From assembly GCA_002269645.1 (NCBI GenBank), contig NIVC01000176.1:62001-126000 (forward strand): a stretch of DNA of 64,000 nucleotides, read 5' to 3'. A program made the position numbers and the translations under genes. Shown in pieces: positions 31,400 to 43,100 of the stretch. Within the stretch, counting starts at the first letter, position 1. The number at the start of each line of letters is the position of its first letter. The notes below the pieces were generated by a model that ran no database searches, had not been told where the DNA came from, and saw only the letters and a list, made by a program, of their open reading frames with translations. The stretch comes from Macrostomum lignano. Lineage: Eukaryota.

Positions 31400-33050
31400 C
31401 CTATGGCCTGCAAGTCAGTCAGGACTCAGAAATGTATCATTTAGCATCATAGTTTGGCCTTGGCCATGGTGCAAGCACTCAGTGGGCTGATGCAGGAGAG
31501 CCAGTGCCAGAGGATTTTGCTTGCCACAGCTGTGGCTTCTTAGGCAGTGGCAACTTCATAGACCATTACCAAGTAACATCTAATGGTGTTTACAGATAGT
31601 GCAGCTGAGTGCAAGAACACCAGCACAAGTTATCAGGTCCCTAGTTGATATAGTATTAGGTAGTGCACGCCCAGGGCATAGCAGAGCAGCAACTTATAGT
31701 GAGCATACAGGGCTTGCTATTGCATTGCAGTCATTGGCACAGCCTCCATGCCATATAGGAGAATTGGCTCAATGGCAATGCAGAAAAGGCACATTTTTAG
31801 GTTGTTGCAAGCGGTTGAATTGAATTCGCTCCTAAGCATGTGTGCTGCACACCAGGCCTGAGTTTCCTGTCAGAGACAATAGTATTGGGGCTCAAGACAA
31901 GGGAGCCGAGGTAGCAGAAGTCCTTACACACCTTGAAGAATTCTCCATTTAGAAGAGCTAGTGCAAGGGTAGTTGCAATGCCCACATGGAGCATCTTAGT
32001 CTTGGATGTGTTGATCACCAAGCCAACTCGGGTGCCCTCTTTGTAGAATCTAGACAGAGCCATATAGGAGAATTGGCTCAATGGCAATGCAGAAAAGGCA
32101 CATTTTTAGGTTGTTGCAAGCGGTTGAATTGAAGTCGCTCCTAAGCATGTGTGCTGCACACCAGGCCTGAGTTTCCTGTCAGAGACAATAGTATTGGGGC
32201 TCAAGACAAGGGAGCCAAGGTAGCAGAAGTCCTTACACACCTTGAAGAATTCTCCATTTAGAAGAGCTAGTGCAAGGGTAGTTGCAATGCCCACATGGAG
32301 CATCTTAGTCTTGGATGTGTTGATCACCAAGCCAACTCGGGTGCCCTCTTTGTAGAATCTAGACAGAGCCCATTGTGCAGCAGCTGGATTGCCACACAAA
32401 ATGGCAATGTTGTCAGCATAAGCAAGAGCAAACAGCGAGATGGCGAGATATTGGGAGCTTTGGCATAAGACTAGCACATAGCCATCATCTTCATGCAGGC
32501 ATTAGCAAAGAACATAGTCTACTAAAACAATGAAGAGTAGTGGAGCCAGTGTGTTGCCCTTAAGGATGCTAGAACTAGAAGTTGTGCTGAATTCTTGAGT
32601 AGGGCCATTGCTCAACTAAACAAACACTCCTAAATCGCTGTACAAGTCCATCACAGCAGCTACAAGTTCAGAAGGAATGCCATAGTAGGACAGAATCCAT
32701 GGGAGTACAGGTTTGTCAACTGAGTCGAATGCTTTGCAGAAGTCAACAAAATCAATTGAGATGGAATGCTGGTGCATCTTATAGGCTTCAATGATGCAGC
32801 AGATAGTTGCAACCTGCTCAGTTGTAGACCTGCCTGGTCTGAAACCACTTTGCCAGCTAAGAAGTAGCGGATTCAGCCCAGGAAGAAGGCAGTTGCGCAG
32901 CATTGCATTGAGTAGCTTGTACATTCTAGTGCTATGCCATGCTGATTGTCCAGGCTGGTAGAGATGCCCTTCTTTGGAATGGATACTATCTTAGAAATGT
33001 GCCACTGAGCAGGAGCGCAGGCTTCACATTTCCTTTAAGAATACAGTGCT
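31400..33050 (-). mobile_element. Decayed RTE-like non-LTR retrotransposon reverse transcriptase, with an internal 309-bp tandem duplication
   Basis: Minus strand: IVSIPKKG...LDN, QSGFRPGRSTTEQ, VDFCKAFDSV, YADN (YADD-like), GLVINTSKTK, YLGS; stops and frameshifts present. 31751-32059 is repeated at 32060-32368. Confidence 0.88.
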
Positions 33051-35118
33051 TGTTAAGCAGGCCGGTAATCGCTGGAGTCAGCAATAGTATATTATATAGT
33101 ATATTGTATACCAATGGTGGATCTATAGTTTCATATTGGGGGGGGGTGGTCCAAGTTTGGGGCACCAACATGAGTTTCATGGTGCCAATTTTAAAGCTAG
33201 GGTTGCCATTTTAATTAAAGCTAGGGCTGCAAATATGCATGTAGGAGGCAAAAAATCAAGTTTAGAGATGCAAACCTAGGCTTTTAGGGGTGCAATATGT
33301 TCTAGGGCCCATCAAGGAATTTTGGGGGATGTGCAGCAGCCCTTGTTGTATATCTTAGTCTTTTGAAGGCTATAAAGTCATATTTGCAGAATATTCTTAT
33401 TTTCCAAGCTGATATCTTAGGGGCTTTAAAATAGTATAAACCTAGGCCCTAGTCCTAGAGATTAATGCATATATATGCCTTGTAAAGAAATAATTTTTAA
33501 GATACAATTGACACAAAAAACCATTATTTAAAGCCAGATTAAAGAAGGAAAAAAGGCAAGCACAAAACATTATTTAGCCAAAATGTTGAGTAAATTCTTT
33601 TGTTAATATTATTTAAAGTTAATATGCTTTGTAGTATGCTAGAAAATGTATAGACCTAAAATAGTTAAGCTAGGCCTATTAAGTTTATTTTCATTATTCG
33701 TTTTTTAATTTGTGATTTATTTTCTATTCATTTATCAGTTTAATTAATAGACTAAGAATTATAATTAGTATATAAAATGAATTTTGTTTCTGGCAACATC
33801 TTTTTTGCTTGTCATAGCATTGCTTATTAGTTGCTAGAATAACTAGCTTAAGATAGAAAAACTATGATATGCTATACACAGTGGTGGATAAAGGATATTA
33901 AAAGCATTTTAAAATAGCTGCCTCTCCCCTGGATCTATCATTTCTTATAGAAAAAGGAAAAACAAGAAAGCATTTGAGCAAGATTCTCTGGGTCAATATA
34001 TTTATAAGTTGAATAAAAGTGTACAATATGTGAGTGAGGCTAATATTGGGTGAGATGATCAGTAAAGAGTGAAAGTGGTATGATCAATCATTGGAGAATA
34101 TAAGCAACATAAATATGCTAACCTAATTCAGCATACATGTTGCTATTCAAAATCCTAGATGCAAATGTATAAAAATAGAAAACTCCAAAATATTTATTTT
34201 AAAAGGTATTAACTTTTGGTAATAGGATTAGCCTTAGCCTACACTAGGCATCATTATTGGCTCTATTGTACAATACTATTTTTGGTGCCATTTTGTTTGA
34301 AGACTTATGGTAGGCCTATCTTTATATGATGAATAAAAATATATAAAAATTTAAGACAATAAAGTGATATGCTGTTTCAAATAATTTAAGTTTTTGGAAA
34401 ATATAGATAATAATGTTTAAAATAAGTAAAATTATTACAACAGTTTAGCTTTTGATGCTATATTGCTTTTGATTGCATATTAAGCATTCCCATTTTGGTT
34501 GGTAATTGAGTATACAAATACAGGTATAGGACTGTCTAGAGCTTGTCAAGGTAGAGAACAATAGAGTAATCAGCAATTCTTGAGGATTTTAAAGGAGTGG
34601 CAGTGAGTGATCTAAGAGCAGACAACTCTATTTGAAAAAGTTTCTAAATTGCAGATTTAGCACATTTTCTAAGTGTCAAACAGTGCTCAAAGTGTCCATT
34701 TATGATAACAATCAGCATTAAAAATTGTCATATAATTCAGCTGAGACTACAAGTAGGCTAAAGTAAAAATATTCACTATATCAGCATAATTCAGCATTGC
34801 ACACATTCGCGAGTAGTATATTGAAGGCTTTAATCTCTAGCTAGTGGCGCTTAACTTTGATTGGCCAATCGAAATAGCGAGGACAGAAGTAGACCTTGTG
34901 TTCAGACAAATTTGACTGGCTTTGGATTTTTTCCCATATTCCCGCGCATTGTGAACTCCCAAAAAGCCACTCAAGCCAATAACCACCTTACAGACCCAGT
35001 CAGCATCGAGTCTGCGGTGTATTTCATCAAGTTGGTTTCAAGCTGTAGGTTTAAGTTTAACCATCATCTGTCTTTATTCTCTTAGAATAATAAAGCAAGA
35101 AGAAACTAACAATTAACA

Positions 35119-37087
35119 ATGGGATGCACATTGAGCGCAGAGGAGAATAGAGCCAACCGGAATTCTCAATCGATCGATCGGAATTTAAAAAGAGAGCGGC
35201 TTCAGGCTGCTAAAGATATTAAACTGCTGCTTCTGGGTGAGTTGCCCTGTTCGGATTGTCTATGCACTGTTTAGCCCGCTGTTTGTCAAATAATTAATCT
35301 TTGTCTATGAGACTTCAGTAAAGCAGAATTTATCAAAATTCTCCGCCAAGGAAATTTAAGAAGTGGAAGAATTAAAAAGCAAAAAAGCGAATCAAAAAAG
35401 AAAGAAGGTAGAATGGAACACAGGAAAAAAAGACCGATAAGCAATTCTGGAATGTAAAATACGAAAGTAAGAGTAGCGAATCTATTCATACAGAAAGCGA
35501 ATGAATTCATAACAGACTCGTAGTAATACCTATGGGTACGAGGGCTGAAAAGCGCTGCGAAGAGAGGATCTGTTGACCTCCCTGTTTTCCCGGGCACACA
35601 ACATTTCGGCCTTTGCCTTGTCATAATTGGGTCCTAATGTTTCGTCTATGGACAAAACTTGAATTGGTAGATTTTGATCCGAATGGTTTGTCTATGGTCA
35701 AAACTTGAATAATTGGTAGACTTTGATCCGAATGGTTTGTCTATGGTCAAAACTCGAATGGGTAGATTTTGACCAGAATGCTTTGTCTATGGTCAAACTT
35801 GTATGATCTGATTGGTTCTGGTCAGACTTTAACAGCCGCCAAAGCAGAAACATTGTCTTGTGGCAGGGTCGTTTCACAAACCCTAATTTTCACAACGTCG
35901 AAACCAGAACCTTTCATAAGACCTATATTTCATAAACCCTAATTTTCACAACGTCGAAAATAAGCAATGCAGCAGATTTCACAAGACCTAAATTTCACAA
36001 GCCCTAAATTTCATAACACCTAAAAGGCATGCACAGAATTTCAAAAGCCCTAAATTTCACTATCTCTAAATTTCACAAACCCTAAATTTCACAAACTCTA
36101 AATATCACAACGTCGAAAATTAAATTTGCTTTTATTTTCAGAAGCTCTAAATTTCACAACGCCTAAAAACACTATGGAGATACAATCTTTCACAAGGCCT
36201 AAATTTCACAACGCCTAAAAACACTATGGAGATACAATCTTTCACAAGACCTAAATTTCACAACGTCTAAAAGCACTATGGAGATACAATCTTTCACAAG
36301 ACCTAAATTTCACAATGCCTAAAAACACTATGGAGATACAATCTTTCACAAGACCTAAATTTCACAACGTCTAAAAGCACTATGGAGATACAATCTTTCA
36401 CAAGACCTAAATTTCACAATGCCTAAAAACACTATGGAGATACAATCTTTCACAAGACCTAAATTTCACAATGCCTAAAAACACTATGGAGATACAATCT
36501 TTCACAAGACCTAAATTTCACAACGTCTAAAAGCACTATGGAGATACAATCTTTCACAAGACCTAAATTTCACAACGCCTAAAAACACTATGGAGGTACA
36601 ATCTTTCATAAGTACTGAATCGAGAACCCGTTTTAGTGACAGTTAATTAGCTCATGTGGTAGCTACACTCTACAGCGTAGAGCGTACATGTATGTTGCCC
36701 AAAGTACTATCAAATAGCACATAAATTCTCTTTGCTGGCTTAATTAACTATAACGACTTGCATAAGTCACATAAAATTGCAAATTCTCATTCTCATCTTC
36801 AAGGGCTACCGTAGTATAGTGGTAGCTAATCTAATTCTGAGTTTCAAATTTTCAAACTCAATCCAAAGTCCGTTTATTAAAAATTCATGAAGTGAAAATA
36901 TAGGATTGACATAATGGCACAAGATTTTTTACAATAAGTTTTCAAATTCCAACTATCTTTCAACCACTCCTTTCTAAAATCAATCTTGTATTTCCTTTTT
37001 CAAATCGATTCACGCAATAAACGAGTGAGTATAAACCCCTCCATTACTCTTTACTCACATTACCCATTGACACTTCACCAAAGAAAC

Positions 37088-37160
<73 letters not shown>

Positions 37161-40100
37161 TTGAAAAGACAACGCTTTTCCAGCCGAAAACTTAACATGA
37201 AATCCAAGATGAGCACACCCATATGCATTTTTATACGCCAGATAGTACGCCAGATTTCAAAAAGTAAAAAATTGTACGCCAAGTGTACACCAAAGGTCGT
37301 GAGTGTACGCCGGATTAATCCGGCGTACCACCCCTCTTCCGGACTATGGATTTTTACTGGTGTTGCAACTTGGAAACTTGAAAAAAAGTCTTCTAATTTT
37401 AAACTTTCGAAGTCCATTCAGGTAGAATCTTTTTTGTAATAAACTTTCCAAGTAGCGCTACCTGGTTTTGCAACATGAGAAACATTAAAACTTCATTTAT
37501 GTACCACACTACCAAGTACCAGTAGCAACTGAGTCCTGACTTAAAAAGTTTGCAATTGAGGTAGCCAATTTTATTTTAGCAATCAATAATGCTTGTATCC
37601 GTATGCTTGCCTTTTACTACGTAATTCACGCGTGCTTTTAGACGTTGTGAAATAATTAGGTCTTGTGAAAGATTGTATCTCCATAGTGTTTTTAGGCGTT
37701 GTGAAATTTAGGTCTTGTGAAAGATTGTATCTCCATAGTGTTTTTAGACGTTGTGAAATTTAGAGCTTGTGAAATTTAGAGCTTCTGAAATACTGTGCAC
37801 AACTTTTCGACGATGTGAAAATTAGGGTTTATGAAATTTAGAGCTTATGAAAGTTTGTGTCTTGCGACGTTGTGAAATTTAGGGCTTGTGAAAGCGACCC
37901 TACATGTCCAAGATGCCGCTTGTCGAGTCGAGACTCTTTCCCAAAGCCGTTGAAGATCAGGACCGATTCACTGCATTAGTATTCGTCGACTGTAGTTGTT
38001 GGCAAGAACACCCTACATGATCTTTCGTTCTTTCGTGCCGGACTCAGCCAGGACCATCTATGCAATGATGTTCACGAACTTGATCGACAGCTGGAGAGAA
38101 CGAACTAGTAACAAACTAATAAACTAAATCACCAATAAATCAGAATTTTTCAAGTTAAAGAAAAAAGATTGCTTGTAGCTATGCAGGTGCGGACCCAGTG
38201 GGCACAGCAGGTCTAGAGTCATAGGTAGTCTTCAGCTCTTGCTTGGCTTGTAAATTAGGTGAGAAGTGCCAGCTTTAGAAAAATGAATTGATTTATCCAA
38301 CTAATAAAGACGCAGATCCACCATTTCTTGACTACCTTTAATTAATCTATAGCTCTCCTTTGTCTTATTCAATTTGCAACGCGCCCGTATTTGCATCGCT
38401 CGCTTTATTTCTCTTTTACTTAAGAAGCCACATCAATATAATTGTGATTAGGTGCAGGAAAATTTTATTATTGATGAATTTGAGTTCGTGAAGCTAAATG
38501 AAAGAGAGAGCTAGAAATTTTTGAGTAGCTAAACAAAAAACTGACTAAAATCTTAACAATAAATCAATCTGACCGCGACATCTATAGATCTTCCTGATCA
38601 CAATTTTAGGTGTTGCCTTATCGCTGCTTCTTTCCTCTTAACTCTGCTTGCTCACCTGTTGCTGCTCTGTGCCATTCAGTCTTAGTCTGCCGCACTGCTA
38701 CTGCGTGTCATAATAATGTTAGATAGGGCTGAATAACTTTCAAACATAACGCAAGCAACTAAAGACATTGAGACTTGAGAATTTACGATAAGCTAAGGAT
38801 TATAAACGAATAGACCACATGTAACGTTATATACAGATTTTGTCGGCAGCAATTGCGTAAGCTGAAGCCCACAAAGCAATTGCTCCGTGAAAGAATCTGT
38901 CTGTCGTTATTGTACCCTATTGACTATGTTTTTCAGCAGTAAGCCTTTCGGTAAAAATTCGATTGTTTGCCGACTGTTTTATATTGTTGCCGGAAAATTA
39001 TCGGATTAATTTGGCTATGGAAAAGAATCGAAACATGACAACGACGAAAATCAACAAAAATAGCGAAGTAGTTTTGTTCCACTGTCACAAATAAGTTTGT
39101 AAGGACAAAGCGAATAACTATAAGGGACAGGTATTCCAGGTGCCGTTAAATGGCCGCACGAAAACGGATGAGGGACTTCGGCGTGTAGTATGTTCCATCC
39201 TGCTTACGAAGAGACGAATAGAAAAGCCTCAGATAATCGTTCAGGAATCGATCCGGTACACGCTCAAACTCCTGGCAGAGTCCCTTCTCCTTGAGGAACT
39301 GGCGGAACCTTGCCAGTAGCATCTCACTCTCAGCAATGAGGAATGTAGCATCTCAGCAATGATGAATGTACGGCTCGTAGCATCTCAGCAATGAGGAATG
39401 TAGCATCTCAGCAATGAGGAATGTAGCATCTCAGCAATGAGGAATGTAGCATCTCAGCAATGAGGGATGTAGCATCTCAGCAATGAGGAATGTAGCATCT
39501 CAGCAATGAGGAATGTAGCATCTCAGCAATGAGGAATGTAGCATCTCAGCAATGAGGAATGTAGCATCTCAGCAATGAGGAATGTAGCATCTCAGCAATG
39601 AGGAATGTAGCATCTCAGCAATGATGAATGTAGCATCTCAGCAATGATGAATGTAGCATCTCAGCAATGATGAATGTAGCATCTCAGCAATAGGACATCT
39701 CAGCAGTGTGCAATGTGGAAATTCAGCTTTGATGAATGTAGCACCTTAGTGGTGAGCAATGTGGTGTCCCATTTTCGGTGTCTGGTGTCGCCAGGTGCAT
39801 TGACTGCTCCCAAATTTAGCCTAACCTGAGTATCGCTTATTGTGCTTTTGTGTTGTGTTGTGTTTAGGCGATGGAACAGACTTTTCCGTGCTCGAACTTG
39901 CACTGTAATTGCTTTAAAATGATCCTCAGCCTGGCAATGACTCTTGATTGATGGCGGCTCCGTTTTTTTCAATAGACCTTCATCTGAATTGCTGATGTGA
40001 AATATTCTGTTTTGATTTTCGTTGGCTCGAATAAAACTCGATAAAAACAGTGTTCCTGGCGCTTGTGGTTTTTCTGGCGCAACCTTTGCCAGTTTTACAC

Positions 40101-43100
40101 GACGTTAGTGACGTTTTTACGGCAAATGTGCCAATTTATCGGCGGTAGGTGTCGCTAAACTAGCGAAAGCGTTATTCTGGCGTTCCAAATGGACCAAAAT
40201 TTTAGCAAGATTATCTCGAATAAAGCCGATTTTCCCTAATTTTCACGACAGTCTAGTGCTATTTCGGTAAAATAATTCTGCTACGCTAATATAAAACTGT
40301 ACCGCCATTACCGTACAGCATTCGGAACGTCGGCAACGTTCCCGATGCGTCTATCGACGTCGCTGACAAATGTGTACTTTTACATTACATCGCAGATAAT
40401 CGTGGGAGATGTGGAACCATCATGCGTCGGCTGAATGTCGGTCCGTCACCGACGTCTGATTGCTGTATGACATTTTAGCGTCAAAATTTGGCAACAGTTT
40501 CACCGAAATAACAACAGCCGACCCCTGCACCGGTTTTTTTATCGCGTTAGCTATACTTGTACATTACTGAACGTACTGTAACTCCGTGTCGCGTTGGCAC
40601 AGCCGTTACACAATCACCGGTAATTGTATCGAGGGTTTTCTTCGTTGACTTTTCTACACTCAGCAACATTTAAAACGCAACACTCTAACTAGAAGAAAAA
40701 TCAACTCACTCAGAAGAGTCAAAGCGCATAGTCTATAGTTCAAATCTAGCTTCAGAAACGCGTGTAGCTTCCTCTCGCAAGTAACAGGGCGATGACTATG
40801 GACTGTTTTCAGATAGAGTGATCCAGCTGAGAGAATGGTTCAACAGATGACAGACGCAGAAAGATGGCGAGCAGTCGGAATGTTGGAAGCAGGTTGTACT
40901 CTTCGAACAACAGCTGTTGTACTGCGAAGTTGGTGAAGCACCGTACCTTTTCTCGCGTGAGCCACGCTTCCAGTGGCTCTGCTCTTCTGTAGCAGACGTA
41001 AAACTGTTGAAGGCGACCTCCCGAAGTGGTTCGCAACTGTTCGAAGAGTACAACCTGCTTCCGGCATTCCGACTGCTCGCCGTCTTTCCGCGTCTGTCAT
41101 CTGTTGAGCCGTTCTCTCAGCTGGATCATTGTCGTTTGACCACAGCGTGCAGGAATGATTTTTTCGATTTATTATCGTGCAGGAATGTCTGTGTCTATGG
41201 TAGAAATCACTTGACATACGTTAGCTTATCGTGCAGGAATGACTTCATTCCTGCACGATTTAACAATTTATTTTTAGAAGCAACTGAATATGTAATCAAT
41301 AACAATATGGAAGAACAAAAAGGATAATAAGTGGAACTAGGAAACAGTTAATGAGTCTATAGACCTCAAATACACATTGCAAACATTCTTCGCCATCAAA
41401 TTCGCGCTATGAAAAGCCTCGTGAGCGATGATATTGAGGCCACGTAATTTCATAAAGTACCTGAACAGTGCGGCTCGAATTCCTACGATTGTATTCGGCG
41501 AATAGAAGCTGCCGTCTGACTTACGCTGAGTCGCATAGAAGTAGCGGACCCATTTGGCAATTTCTTCCACCGAAGCAGTCGCGTAATCCACTTTTAAATT
41601 ATTCTCCGCCAACCAGGCCGTCAAGCGGTTGATCACAGCTTTCTCCTTAGAGACAGCCGAATGACATTCGTTGTCGCGTTCCAGTTGAGCGGCCAGACTT
41701 TCCAATTCGTCAAGGTTACACAAGGTTTCCGGATCCGAGCTGAAAAGTTTCCCTAATTCCTCGCTGAACGTGCAATCCGCTATCAGTGCAGTCAAATCGT
41801 CGCCCGTCCTCTCAAAGTTGCTGGACACACTTTCAATAAACATTTCGTCGCCACTTAATCCAGACACCGTAGCGTAGCGAAAATCAATTAATGGAGGATT
41901 CAGAGCCGAGTCGATTACAGACGCCATGGTCAATAAGCTTTATACACTTTTCTATAAACTCTCCACTCAATTTTCATCTCTTCTTAACGTTTCTCGAAAA
42001 CCGTGCAGGAATGACTTTGTCTATGGTCAAAAGACAATGATTTTCCTACACGCAAACTCGTGCGTCTATGGCAAAATGCACTCGTGCGCTTCGCGCACTC
42101 GTGCTTTTGCCATTGACGCACTCGTTTTCGTGCAGGAATATTACACTATCTGAAAACAGTCCATAGTCATCGCCCTGTTACTTGCGAGAGGAAGCTACAC
42201 GCGTTTCTGAGGCTGGATTTGAACTGTAGACTGTGCGCTTTGACTCTTCTGAGTGAGTTGATTTTTCTTCTAGTTAGAGTGTTGCGTTTTGAATGTTGCT
42301 GAGTGTATATCTGCAGGTCTCTGTCGGCATCGAAATGTTCCAACACCGCATTTTGAGCTTCCTTTACGCACATCTGCATGCAACTTCAAATATGCGTGGG
42401 TATAAACAGCAGCATACAAAGGTTAGACTTCAACTACGCAGAGGTACATGCAGCTAAGCGGAATTCGGGTTATTATTCTATTCTATTAAATTTTATTTTA
42501 GTTTTAGCTGCTCTAAAGATTGTTCACTGAGATGTCACGGCTCATAGATTGAATTGTACCCTTTTGCATGAAATTTATTGTTGCCGGATTTCTAGCATGG
42601 ATGAAGAAATAGAAAGGATCGCTCATCTGAAAGCGAGTCTATGGCCAAAACATCCTAAAAATTGGGATATTCCCCCCCCCATGAATTTCATTGGCCGATG
42701 GAATTTAATATACCTTTTCAAGCTCGACTTTGGCAAAAATGACTTCAATTTTGGCAGCCCATAGAAAAAGCATACGCCTGCCAGCAACATGTCTATGGTC
42801 AACTGTGGTAGAATCGGTTAAAGCGTGCATTCAACTTTGGCAAAAGTGAGCACACTACGCGCCGGTCTTTTATCTGTTTTCGTGCGGCAATTCAACGGCA
42901 CCTGCACTGAAACCCGTCCGTCAATCGCCAAGTGAACATCATTACCGGAGAATCATTCAAGTGTTGAAACGGAGTTCTTGTCGAACTTATCCGTGACAGA
43001 AAAATAATACTACTCCTTTTGTTGTTTTTGTTGTTGTGCATCATTGTCATGTTTCGATTCTTTTCTATAGCCAAATCCATCTGTTAATTTTCCGGCAGCA

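Noticed and set aside
36160-36605. Regularly spaced repeats as a possible CRISPR array (also 39318-39690, 47805-48245, 58205-59640)
   Set aside because: Units are contiguous tandem copies without unique spacers, there are no cas genes, and the context is eukaryotic.
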